From a virus (Duplodnaviria; Caudoviricetes): a stretch of 64,000 bases of DNA. Positions within the stretch are counted from its first letter, which is position 1. Every line of letters begins with the position of its first letter. Below are positions 1-7,855 of this stretch, in pieces. The stretch lies in the IMG/VR virus record IMGVR_UViG_3300012984_000010; one strand, 5' to 3'. Made by a program: the position numbers and the translations under genes. The notes below the pieces were generated by a model. It did not search any database. It saw only the letters and a list, made by a program, of their open reading frames with translations, and was not told the DNA's origin.

Positions 1-155
1 GTTAGGGTCATTGGTAGGCGCGAAGGGTGTCGGAGTCCTACCGACTCAATGCAGCGAAAGTCTGTCTAGAATGACTCTCACCAGCTGTCATGCGGCACAG
101 CTACGGCCCTCCGTTCTTGTGGTCCTCTGAAAGGTTGCCCAGTCAGAACGCCCAG

Positions 156-226
156 AGCCTCCAACAGGAATCGGACCTGTGTCTGTCCCATACCAAAGGA
201 CGGTACTACCATTGTACTATGGAGGC
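156..226 (-). tRNA. tRNA-Thr(GGT)
   Basis: Acceptor GCCTCCA/TGGAGGC; anticodon arm GTCCT-TTGGTAT-GGGAC; T-arm ACAGG-TCCGATT-CCTGT (variant T-loop). Confidence 0.85.
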
Positions 227-230
227 ATTT

Positions 231-392
231 TCAGACATCCGAGATATGGAGCAGGAAAGCTCTTGCGAGCCAGATTTACCGTCTGGTGCCCGGCCATTGG
301 GCGTCTCCCTCATGTTTCGGCCAAAGGCCTAGTGAAGGAGGCTGGATTCGAACCAACTATTTGCGTGTATGATCCACTGGATGGATGTCTGA
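231..392 (-). ncRNA. Circularly permuted tRNA-Tyr-like RNA (P1)
   Basis: T-arm and 3' acceptor CTCCTTC-A (357-333) lie upstream of 5' acceptor GAGGGAG (311-305), D arm, anticodon arm CCAGA-CGGTAAA-TCTGG and variable hairpin; 10-bp terminal inverted repeat TCAGACATCC/GGATGTCTGA. Confidence 0.75.
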
Positions 393-393
393 G

Positions 394-466
394 AGCTGGT
401 GACTGGATTTGAACCAGCCTAAACCTGATTACGAAACAGGTGCCATCCCAAGATGACTACACCAGC
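394..466 (-). tRNA. tRNA-Thr(CGT)
   Basis: GCTGGTG/CACCAGC acceptor, loop TTCGTAA, T-loop TTCAAAT. Confidence 0.85.
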
Positions 467-622
467 ATAGGCACTGTCGTCACGCCAAACTGTCGCCGTA
501 GCTAAACAGCTCAGAAGCAGGAAGTTGCCGATGTTCTCGGTCGACCTACTGGCCGCGACCTCTTACGAGGCGATGATTGCCCAACTGAGCGGAATGCTCA
601 GCCAATGCGATGGACAAGAAGT

Positions 623-721
623 TGGTCCAAGGTGCAGGATTCGAACCCGCACTAGAGAAGCTGGGAGCTACCCAGGGTCAAACTTCTTGCAGAGGCTCTT
701 ATTCCTCTGGGCTTAGCTTGA
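623..721 (-). pseudogene. Aberrant tRNA-like RNA with 22-nt hairpin-containing anticodon loop
   Basis: Clean T-arm GCGGG-TTCGAAT-CCTGC plus ACCTTGG-A-CCA; stem AGAAG/CTTCT encloses TTTGACCCTGGGTAGCTCCCAG; mismatched acceptor. Confidence 0.5.
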
Positions 722-782
722 CGCTCTCCACCATTCCCGTTGGTCCGTCGGTCTAGCTAGAACCTAAGGCGGGTATCTTGGG

Positions 783-853
783 AGCGACCACCGAGATTCG
801 AACTCGGCTGGCACGGCTTGGAAGGCCGGCTTCTCGCCTAGAGAAATGGTCGC
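783..853 (-). tRNA. tRNA-Gly(TCC)
   Basis: GCGACCA/TGGTCGC, U73, loop CTTCCAA, T-loop TTCGAAT. Confidence 0.9.
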
Positions 854-995
854 ATTGTGATGGTTTCTGGGTCGACTCCAGTTCACGTGTGGGCTTGAAC
901 CATCAACCCGTATGCCTCACTTCGGCAGTTAGCCGCCTAGAGACAGTCACGCTGTATCTCAGCACACCGAATGATCAGTGGAACTGAGTTAGGGG

Positions 996-1067
996 CTCCT
1001 GGAGAAGGGGTCGAACCTTCGATAGGGTGATTAACAGTCACCTGCCTTACCGCTTGGCTACCCAGGA
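996..1067 (-). tRNA. tRNA-Asn(GTT)
   Basis: TCCTGGG/TCCAGGA, G73, GGTGA-CTGTTAA-TCACC. Confidence 0.92.
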
Positions 1068-1068
1068 A

Positions 1069-1140
1069 TGGCCCTGAACAACGGAATCGAACCGCTCTAT
1101 TCGTCTCGCGAAAAACGAACCCTCCCACTGAGGAACAGGA
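1069..1140 (-). pseudogene. Degenerate tRNA-like sequence with expanded anticodon loop
   Basis: T-arm GCGG-TTCGATT-CCGT and terminal G-CCA; anticodon stem TTCGT/ACGAA with 10-nt loop; mismatched acceptor. Confidence 0.45.
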
Positions 1141-1147
1141 TGATTTA

Positions 1148-1290
1148 ACAGAGCCCCGAGGCAGAAGAGCGGGGATATGACGATTTTTCTGATCGTTGCC
1201 TATTCCATTTCGGCTACATCCCCATAGGTTGGAGGGGATGGTTGGATTCGAACCAACATTGCTTGTAGGCTCCTCAAAGAGAGGCTCTGT
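1148..1290 (-). ncRNA. Circularly permuted tRNA-Phe-like RNA (P2)
   Basis: GTTGG-TTCGAAT-CCAAC-CATCCCC-T-CCA, 6-nt linker, then GGGGATG, D arm and ACGAT-CAGAAAA-ATCGT; terminal stem ACAGAGCC/GGCTCTGT. Confidence 0.8.
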
Positions 1291-1292
1291 AG

Positions 1293-1364
1293 CTCCAGGG
1301 GCAGGACTCGCACCCACACTTTTCGAGTTAACAGCTCGACGTGCTACTTTAACACTACCCTGGA
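1293..1364 (-). tRNA. tRNA-Asn(GTT), second copy
   Basis: TCCAGGG/CCCTGGA, TCGAG-CTGTTAA-CTCGA, T-loop TGCGAGT. Confidence 0.88.
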
Positions 1365-1369
1365 ATGCA

Positions 1370-1507
1370 CGATGCTTCGAGAATTGGAGAGCGGGAAATT
1401 GACAGTTGGATATACTGTTGCCTTACCATTAGGCTATTTCCCCATATTAGAGGGGAAACCGGGAATCGAACCCAGATAGCTTGTAGGCACTCCTTAGTGA
1501 AACATCG
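1370..1507 (-). ncRNA. Circularly permuted tRNA-like RNA with non-canonical anticodon loop (P3)
   Basis: CTGGG-TTCGATT-CCCGG-TTTCCCC-T, 7-nt linker, GGGGAAA, D arm GCC-TAATGGTAA-GGC, ACAGT-ATATCCA-ACTGT; terminal stem CGATGTTTC/GAAGCATCG. Confidence 0.8.
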
Positions 1508-1582
1508 TGGAGCGGGTGACCGGAATCGAACCGGCCGAGTTTTCGTTGGCAACGAACTACTCCACCTTGGAGTAACACCCGC
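1508..1582 (-). tRNA. tRNA-Gly(GCC)
   Basis: GCGGGTG/CACCCGC-T-CCA, loop TTGCCAA. Confidence 0.9.
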
Positions 1583-1595
1583 ATCTAACTAACAG

Positions 1596-1667
1596 CACTC
1601 CTGGTTGGACTCGAACCAACATGTTTCCGCTTCGAAGGCGGATGCCCATCCTTTGGACCACAAGAGT
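1596..1667 (-). tRNA. tRNA-Arg(TCG)
   Basis: ACTCTTG/CAGGAGT, TCCGC-CTTCGAA-GCGGA, T-loop TTCGAGT. Confidence 0.9.
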
Positions 1668-1876
1668 ATGGTTGAGTGAAAGGAGTACGGATCGGCCGAC
1701 CCGTAACCCTCTGACGGAACAACACCCGAGTTGTTTCACTCATCGTCTCTCACTACCTGAGATCCGGAAGGCCCTGGGATCTCTTAACCACTTTGGGCAG
1801 TGGTGGCAATGTTTATCCACAGACTCAGAAACACAGCGTTCCCAACGTCATACTGCATGTCCTTACCACGGAGGGG

Positions 1877-1961
1877 CGGAAGCGGAGGGAGTCGAACCCC
1901 CAAGGGTGTTATCCTCGACTGTTTTCAAGACAGGTTCCATCGCCAATTGGATTGCGCTTCC
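1877..1961 (-). tRNA. tRNA-Ser(TGA)
   Basis: GGAAGCG/CGCTTCC, G73, loop CTTGAAA, long variable arm. Confidence 0.92.
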
Positions 1962-1983
1962 ATTAGTTTCCCACACATCCTGA

Positions 1984-2066
1984 TCAATCTGAAGGGCTCG
2001 AACCTCCATCTCCGGCTCCAACTCGCTTACGCTTTGCCGGCGCTCTGCCCGTTGAGCTATCGTCGA
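1984..2066 (-). pseudogene. tRNA-Pro-like RNA with insertion in anticodon loop
   Basis: Canonical D arm GCTC/GAGC and T-arm; stem CCGGC/GCCGG around 19-nt loop ending TTGGA; poor acceptor pairing. Confidence 0.5.
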
Positions 2067-2230
2067 TCAGTTGTTTGTGGGCGTCACCACAGTCGTCACA
2101 ACGTTTGGAAATTCGCTTGAGTTGGCCTGTTCGGGCCCTTCCCCCGACTCACGGTTTTTAATGCGTAATGCGAGTGTTACCAATCCCAAGCGGCCTCTCC
2201 ACAGAGGTTGTACGTGCCGTGGTTACTTAG

Positions 2231-2302
2231 CACCCCCAAGGAGAGTTGAACTCCTATTTTCTGGTTGAGAACCAGACGTCCTAACCATTAGACGATGGGG
2301 GC
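2231..2302 (-). tRNA. tRNA-Glu(CTC)
   Basis: GCCCCCA/TGGGGGT, TCTGG-TTCTCAA-CCAGA. Confidence 0.9.
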
Positions 2303-2595
2303 AAAAGTTGGGGACAGGGGCCGGCTAACCCTCGGAAGAGCTTCGCTGTACCCTGTCGCCCACGGACAAATCCAGGAGAGAATTCCTTGATACCTTCCGA
2401 GGATGGTGCCTCGCTGCCTTTCCGTACCTATCCTTGTGAGGCTAGATCCTACTCGACAGACCATCTGCTCAGCGCCGGCTTCCTTCCGGATGAGTAGATG
2501 ACGTTTTTCCATGCCCTGAAGGAGCCTGGTGGAAACGAACTCAATGTGTCCTGGCTAGATTGTCAGAGAACAGGCCCTTTTTAGGGGGCGTGTAG

Positions 2596-2666
2596 TTCCG
2601 GGAGCTGGGGTCGAACCAACGTTTGCTGAGTCAGAGTCAGCCGTCCTGCCATTAGACGATCCCGGA
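2596..2666 (-). tRNA. tRNA-Gln(CTG)
   Basis: TCCGGGA/TCCCGGA, GCTGA-CTCTGAC-TCAGC. Confidence 0.9.
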
Positions 2667-2819
2667 ATGGTTTATGTTTCTTCGTTGTATCTCTCGCTCA
2701 ATCACTACTCGTCGCCACTCCTCACAGCTCTGAAATTTGAGGAGCATTGCTAAAGTCTTCTTGTCTGCTTCACGTACTTCTTTCAGGAAATCTCGATCGC
2801 TTTCGTGGAGATCCATGAG

Positions 2820-2894
2820 TGGGTGTAGGGGGAATCGAACCCGACCAACTAACCGCTTAAGAGGCGGCTACTCTACCAATTGAGTTATACACCC
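2820..2894 (-). tRNA. tRNA-Lys(CTT)
   Basis: GGGTGTA/TACACCC, loop CTCTTAA. Confidence 0.9.
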
Positions 2895-2916
2895 GTTATT
2901 TGCCAAAAACCTTAAG

Positions 2917-2988
2917 TGGGTCAGACTGGGTTCGAACCAGCGATCGTTCGCTTAAAAGGCGAGTGCTTTACCACTTAGCTACTGACCC
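2917..2988 (-). tRNA. tRNA-Lys(TTT)
   Basis: GGGTCAG/CTGACCC, loop CTTTTAA. Confidence 0.92.
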
Positions 2989-3054
2989 GAGGCGTCAGCA
3001 ACTACGTTTCAATCTCCTTCCTGTGTTTAGGTTTGACACTGTTGTTTTCCTGAG

Positions 3055-3140
3055 TGCGCCCGTCTGGAATCGAACCAGCCCGCCACTTAAGGCCAGAGTT
3101 TTACAGACTCTTGTCGGCACCAGCCAACTATTCCGAGCGC
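3055..3140 (-). tRNA. tRNA-Tyr(GTA)
   Basis: GCGCTCG/CGGGCGC, AGAGT-CTGTAAA-ACTCT, long variable arm, A73. Confidence 0.85.
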
Positions 3141-3156
3141 GTTGTTTTGTGATCTA

Positions 3157-3184
3157 TCTAACGGTCTCTATCTCGAATTCTTAA
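3157..3184 (-). promoter_or_regulatory. Class I promoter-like motif heading the tRNA array
   Basis: TTAA-N15-ACCGTTAGA, same spacing as 15 other copies in the window. Confidence 0.6.
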
Positions 3185-3187
3185 CCC

Positions 3188-3230
3188 CAAAAACGACTAA
3201 GGCCGCCTGGAGTCTTTCTCCGGCGGCCCT
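3188..3230 (-). terminator. Rho-independent terminator / attenuator hairpin
   Basis: GGCCGCC-GGAG...CTCC-A-GGCGGCC followed by TTAGTCGTTTTT. Confidence 0.65.
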
Positions 3231-3254
3231 ACTGATCCTTCTCTTGGTAGAGTT

Positions 3255-3455
3255 TTAGATCCCTGGGCCGCCTCTAACTTCCTCCAAATTCCTGGCGAAC
3301 GAAATGGAGGCTGGTTGGGCATACTTCTGGCTATCCTGGCGGAGGGTGGTCCCACGACCGCTCAAGACTGGCATGCCCAGCTTGACTCCACACCACAGCA
3401 CTGAAGCTGTTAGCTCCGGTTTGCTGGTATGTAGGATGACGGTTTGAGTAGACAT
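3255..3455 (-). CDS. Putative leader peptide ending RGGP-GI
   Basis: 66-aa ORF whose last codons (GGCGGCCC) are complementary to the terminator 5' arm. Confidence 0.35.
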   Translation of the reverse strand: MSTQTVILHTSKPELTASVLWCGVKLGMPVLSGRGTTLRQDSQKYAQPASISFARNLEEVRGGPGI

Positions 3456-3643
3456 GGCCTTTTGCTTCGGATGGGTGCCGGTCGTTTCGACCGACGTCTC
3501 GTATTAACTACAGCTTATAAACGGATCATGCAAGGAGAAAGTTTCGGTCGGCGTCTTTTTTCTTTTCCAGGTTGGCTGCCTGGAGGGGTCTTACACCGAG
3601 AAGGGTGGGGCGATCGGACTAAACCCTACCGCCCCACCATTTT

Positions 3644-4051
3644 TCACGCGAGCACCAGGTCAGGAACCTTGGCGATTTGGAGCTCGTAATGAGCCGCCAT
3701 GCCGACGGTTACCACGATGAGCAAGTGGTCCTTCATCCGTTGGACGATGGGCAGCTTGTCGTAGTCAATCATTTGAGGGTTGGTGAGAGGACCTGCATCC
3801 TTGTCGTCATTCTTGACAGGACCCCACACGTATCCTTGGTCAATCTTACCTTGCAGCCAGCGATCGTGCTCTCCCCGAGGGCTGTAATTGCCGGCGAGGA
3901 CGGATTTCACCATCGCCACCGTGCTGTCCCGTTGCCACTGCTGAGCATCGTCCCACTCCTTGATGGAGTGGTCACCGTGCATCTTGCAGTAGGTTACCAC
4001 TGTGTTGTGAGCTGCCCTGGCGCATTTTTCGATCTTCTCTTCATTTTTCAC
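3644..4051 (-). CDS. RyR-domain protein
   Basis: H..W...K..QGYVWGPVKND...P.MIDYDKLP..QRMKD pattern. Confidence 0.75.
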   Translation of the reverse strand: MKNEEKIEKCARAAHNTVVTYCKMHGDHSIKEWDDAQQWQRDSTVAMVKSVLAGNYSPRGEHDRWLQGKIDQGYVWGPVKNDDKDAGPLTNPQMIDYDKLPIVQRMKDHLLIVVTVGMAAHYELQIAKVPDLVLA

Positions 4052-4152
4052 GTGATCATGAGAACCTTGCCTTTCGTTTGTTCGGGTTCGAGGCAGTCTT
4101 ACACCGTAAGGGAGGCCATCACAAAAAGTCCTTTTGCACCCGCTATAAGGAG

Positions 4153-4779
4153 ATGCCCCATTTCCCAGCAGAAATTCATCAGAATTTGAGAACAGCTTCT
4201 ACAGCTGCACTGAAAAAACGTGCTCAGAAGAGATTCTCGACCAGTATCTGCAGTCCTGAATGGAACCACTTCATCGAGGAATGGGCCCCTAAGTGCTACA
4301 ATTTCGTCGCTCAAGCGCTGGGACCGTACCAACAAGAGCCCATGCAGGAGATCCTTGCCATCCATGATGGGGCTCACTCGGGCGGGGCCAATGCTTCATT
4401 CCAGCCCGACAATGGACAGGTTCGGCTCAGCCCATCTATTGTTGAAGGCAAGCCAGGGACGACGCTTGAGAAGCTGACACACGAGTTCATGCACGCCTCT
4501 TTGGCTGGCTTCCCTGAAGGGGATCCGTTCACCGAGGAGGGTGCGGTCGACTACTCGGTATGGGTTATGGCTCACGCCCCCTTCTGGGGACAATACCAAC
4601 AAGAAATGATCGATGCAGCGGCCTACAACATTGAGTGTCGCCGAGATCGAGCGATGAAGGATCTGTCGGAGTACGATCGTAAGCGTTGGGCGGGAGGCTT
4701 GTTCTACAGTTTGGCGTATGGTCCGTGGATTGTGACTCGACTCAAGCTACGCAAAGCAGAAGGTAACTTCACTTGGTGA
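4153..4779 (+). CDS. Putative zinc metallopeptidase-like protein
   Basis: THEFMH (HExxH) plus downstream EEG; AAGGAG SD before ATG 4153. Confidence 0.55.
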   Translation: MPHFPAEIHQNLRTASTAALKKRAQKRFSTSICSPEWNHFIEEWAPKCYNFVAQALGPYQQEPMQEILAIHDGAHSGGANASFQPDNGQVRLSPSIVEGKPGTTLEKLTHEFMHASLAGFPEGDPFTEEGAVDYSVWVMAHAPFWGQYQQEMIDAAAYNIECRRDRAMKDLSEYDRKRWAGGLFYSLAYGPWIVTRLKLRKAEGNFTW

Positions 4780-4780
4780 A

Positions 4781-5833
4781 TCAAGGTAACGGTCTTGGTT
4801 CCCAACCTACCAGTTGACGTTCACAGGTCTTCAACATGAACTCCAGATTTGACAACAGGGCTTCGGTCTGACCTATTGCCAGTTTCAGGACCTTTTCCCA
4901 ATTAGTGTCACCAGGCGAGTAAGCTTTACCTCGCTGATCGTAGACCACCAATACTTGACCCGATTTCAAGTCTTTGAGGTGGTCCTCCTGATTCGCGATT
5001 TTCTTTTTCAAGTCCGAGACAAAAGCGTCAGCCCCCTCACGAGAAAGCTCAAACGGTGGCCAACCTTGGCCGAAGCAGTTGCCATAGATGGTTCCTGTGC
5101 CAGGTCGCTTGTAACCATGAAGCACCATCCCTGGTCTGGATTTGTCGTGCCCGTGATTACTCCGAGGAACTAGTTTGAAACCACCGAAGCAACATGGGCA
5201 GGTGCCCATATTTTCGGTCATTCTATTCTTCAGGTTCTCCTTGACCTTACGAGCCTTCTCAACCTCTAAAGGCTCCACTCCTAGCTTCTCGTCGACCTGA
5301 GACAGATAGGGTGTCTCAGTCCTAAGCCACTTGATCAGCTCCCCTTGAGGGTAGGATCTGAGGAAAGCATCGTGATCTAGAGTTGTCTGATAGACCTTAT
5401 GGTTGGGAGCTGTGATCCGCACACCAGGAACAGCTTGCCAAGCGAAAGCTTGAAAGTAGGGCTTCCCACTAGGATTCTCAAGGATGGGGCCAATATCCTG
5501 ATAGTATGTTTTGTACTTCTGTAGATTGGTTGGGAGAGAGGTGTGTTCATCAGCCTTGGCTTTCTCCCACATAGCCTCTACGGTCGCCTTAGAGTCAGCC
5601 GAATAGGTTTTCTTTTCTGGTTTGCCGGCATCTTCCCAATGCTCTGGCCGCAGAGTCAGGACCTCTTCGAGCTTGTACCCTCCCAGGTAATCCATAACCT
5701 GAACTAATTCAGGCATTTTCATACCGCTTGAATTACCTTTGCGGATCTTGAGCAGCAAGGCCTGCATCTTTTCCGGCTTCATGGGCCTAGAGGCAGCGTA
5801 CCTGAGGGCTACTCTTGTGGCTTGTTCCGACAT
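4781..5833 (-). CDS. Hypothetical protein with CxxC-HGY-C motif, paralog of 43649-44476
   Basis: GTCPCC...LHGYKRPGTG...GNC; N-terminal RVALRY. Confidence 0.7.
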   Translation of the reverse strand: MSEQATRVALRYAASRPMKPEKMQALLLKIRKGNSSGMKMPELVQVMDYLGGYKLEEVLTLRPEHWEDAGKPEKKTYSADSKATVEAMWEKAKADEHTSLPTNLQKYKTYYQDIGPILENPSGKPYFQAFAWQAVPGVRITAPNHKVYQTTLDHDAFLRSYPQGELIKWLRTETPYLSQVDEKLGVEPLEVEKARKVKENLKNRMTENMGTCPCCFGGFKLVPRSNHGHDKSRPGMVLHGYKRPGTGTIYGNCFGQGWPPFELSREGADAFVSDLKKKIANQEDHLKDLKSGQVLVVYDQRGKAYSPGDTNWEKVLKLAIGQTEALLSNLEFMLKTCERQLVGWEPRPLP

Positions 5834-5859
5834 ATCGAAACAGGCAGCCCAAAAGGACT

Positions 5860-6357
5860 TTATAGGCTCATCGCCAAATCGAACAGGGACCGTTCGTCCT
5901 CAACCCTTAGGCTGGATACAGGCACTTCCCCAATCACATTCTCATATCCCATCAGATAAGCCCGCCATTCCTTGGAATAGAACCCCAAGCTGGGAACACC
6001 TAGATACTGAGTCGAGTTCCACATCCGCACATTACAGGGACAGGCTTGCACCAGGCAATTGATTCTATCCTGGCTGACCGGAACCCCAAGAATCATGACT
6101 ATGGGGGATTCTCTCTCCGATCTGCCGGCAGGCGTCACCTCCACGTACTCGGCCGGTTCTGCCTTGAGTAGTTTGAGGACCGAGGTCAAAGCTGTGATCG
6201 AGCCTTTAAATCGGGGGAACTGCTTCCCCTTACAGGCCACGAACCAAATCTTATCCGAAGCAATCCCCCAAGCTGTGCCTTGAGGGTCAATGACGGTGAA
6301 GGGTTGATTGAACACAGGATCCTCCGATCCTACGAATCTAAAAAGAGAGTCAGTCAT
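5860..6357 (-). CDS. Hypothetical protein
   Basis: Start overlaps MTase stop; C-terminus SLFDLAMSL. Confidence 0.65.
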   Translation of the reverse strand: MTDSLFRFVGSEDPVFNQPFTVIDPQGTAWGIASDKIWFVACKGKQFPRFKGSITALTSVLKLLKAEPAEYVEVTPAGRSERESPIVMILGVPVSQDRINCLVQACPCNVRMWNSTQYLGVPSLGFYSKEWRAYLMGYENVIGEVPVSSLRVEDERSLFDLAMSL

Positions 6358-7624
6358 TCGACATAGCCAGATCAAAGAGATCTTTTTCAGCGTGCGCTTC
6401 AGCATGGTCTGCCCGCACCAGCTCAACCCGCTTGAGGGAGGTCTCATAAGATGGTCGATACCGTTCAATTCCAGTGAAGCTGCAACCTTCCTCAATAGCG
6501 GCATGCAAAGTAGAACCACTGCCACAATAAGGGTCCAGGGTCAGGCCTCCCTTGGGAGTCACCATCCGGACCAACCACCGCATGACCGCCAGCGGTTTCT
6601 TGGTGTTATGTTGGTTCTCGATCCGCCCATCAAGGGTCGCCTCTTTGGTGGAGGTCTTGGGGCAATACATGAACGGTACAGGGAAGACGTTGAAGTACCG
6701 GATCGTGTTGGCCTTCTGGTCTTCCAGCTCAGCTACAGGGCAGCCCAACGCCCCATTGGCATCAACGAACACCAGGTTGGCTGGAACTCGTCCCAATGGA
6801 TGACACACAATCCCATTGCCTGGAGGAGCAGCGATCTTCTTCGCGTCAGGCTTGTGGGTGTTGCCGCTACGCTTCCAGCCGTCAGAACGATCTGGTTCCT
6901 GCCAATCCGTGTAGACACGGCAGCCGTCGATATTGATACCCCCACAACCCCATTTCCTGATGTTCTCCACCACTGTTCCATCCAATGGTTTGCGGAACAT
7001 CATGACAGGCTCCCAAGCGGGCTTGAGATTGGTGTGCCAGCCATCCCACTGTTTGGCTTCCTCGGAAGCAGGAGCAGTGATGGTCAGTTCACCCGTAGGA
7101 CTGTTAGGCGCTCCCGTCGTGTAGGTGCCACCTTTGAGCTTGGTGGACGTCATCGCATTCCCACCGGCCTTGTAGCGATGAATCACCTCACGCTCTAATC
7201 CTAACTCCTTGTCGATCTGCTTCGAGATGTTGAGACCATGGTTCATCCCCATCCCTTGGATCCATTGTAGGGCAGGGTATTCCTCCGACAGGGTGTCCCG
7301 TAGTTCAAAGCCCGCCATTCTGATCCCCATTGAGATCAAGTCCCATGTGCGGGTCCCACCAAAGCTCAGCAGATACCCACCTGGACGAAGGACTCGATAG
7401 GCTTCTTTCCAGACCGCCACTGACGGGATATCCCAATCTGCCTTCATGAAGTCACCCGTCTTCAATGCGGCACCCCCCAAGAAGGCAAGTATTTCTTCAG
7501 GGGTCGGGTCCTTATCACCTAGACCGTACGGTACATCGGTAACAATCGAGTGGTAGGTATTGTCTGGTATTTGTTTGAGTATTTCGAGACAATCACCCAA
7601 CAGAACTTGATTCTCAAACTCCAT
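6350..7624 (-). CDS. DNA N6-adenine/N4-cytosine methyltransferase
   Basis: DVPYG catalytic motif, H.T.KP..VMRWLVRM, LDPYCGSGST SAM-binding motif. Confidence 0.9.
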   Translation of the reverse strand: MEFENQVLLGDCLEILKQIPDNTYHSIVTDVPYGLGDKDPTPEEILAFLGGAALKTGDFMKADWDIPSVAVWKEAYRVLRPGGYLLSFGGTRTWDLISMGIRMAGFELRDTLSEEYPALQWIQGMGMNHGLNISKQIDKELGLEREVIHRYKAGGNAMTSTKLKGGTYTTGAPNSPTGELTITAPASEEAKQWDGWHTNLKPAWEPVMMFRKPLDGTVVENIRKWGCGGINIDGCRVYTDWQEPDRSDGWKRSGNTHKPDAKKIAAPPGNGIVCHPLGRVPANLVFVDANGALGCPVAELEDQKANTIRYFNVFPVPFMYCPKTSTKEATLDGRIENQHNTKKPLAVMRWLVRMVTPKGGLTLDPYCGSGSTLHAAIEEGCSFTGIERYRPSYETSLKRVELVRADHAEAHAEKDLFDLAMSND

Positions 7625-7855
7625 GATTGGAGCCTATACACCAGGTTTTGGCCAAACGCCGTATTCTGTAGCCATCTTTGGCTGTGCCGCCATGAAGGCC
7701 TCCGCACAAGGCAAACAGGGGTGCTGCCAGTAACCATTGAAATCAAGCTTACCAGAGCCGAACGTCAACTCTTCAGCAATACCACTGCTGACCCCACATT
7801 CAAGATTTCCGCATGCTTTAGGTCTGCGCTTGGACATCACCGTCCTAACACCAGA

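Noticed and set aside
1735-1760. Hammerhead-like GATGAG...GAAAC
   Set aside because: The required CUGAUGA core and three-stem geometry are absent.
1813-1821. Perfect DnaA box TTATCCACA
   Set aside because: It is a single copy inside the tRNA array, with no cluster or AT-rich unwinding element.
2310-2595. tmRNA or RNase P RNA
   Set aside because: There is no Ala-type acceptor with T-arm and CCA, and no GAGGAAAGUCC or P4 motifs.
6308-7198. Long antisense or overlapping ORFs (also 3677-4189, 10929-11690, 19200-19832, 59771-60241)
   Set aside because: They are shadows of well-supported genes on the opposite strand, with no motifs or translation signals.
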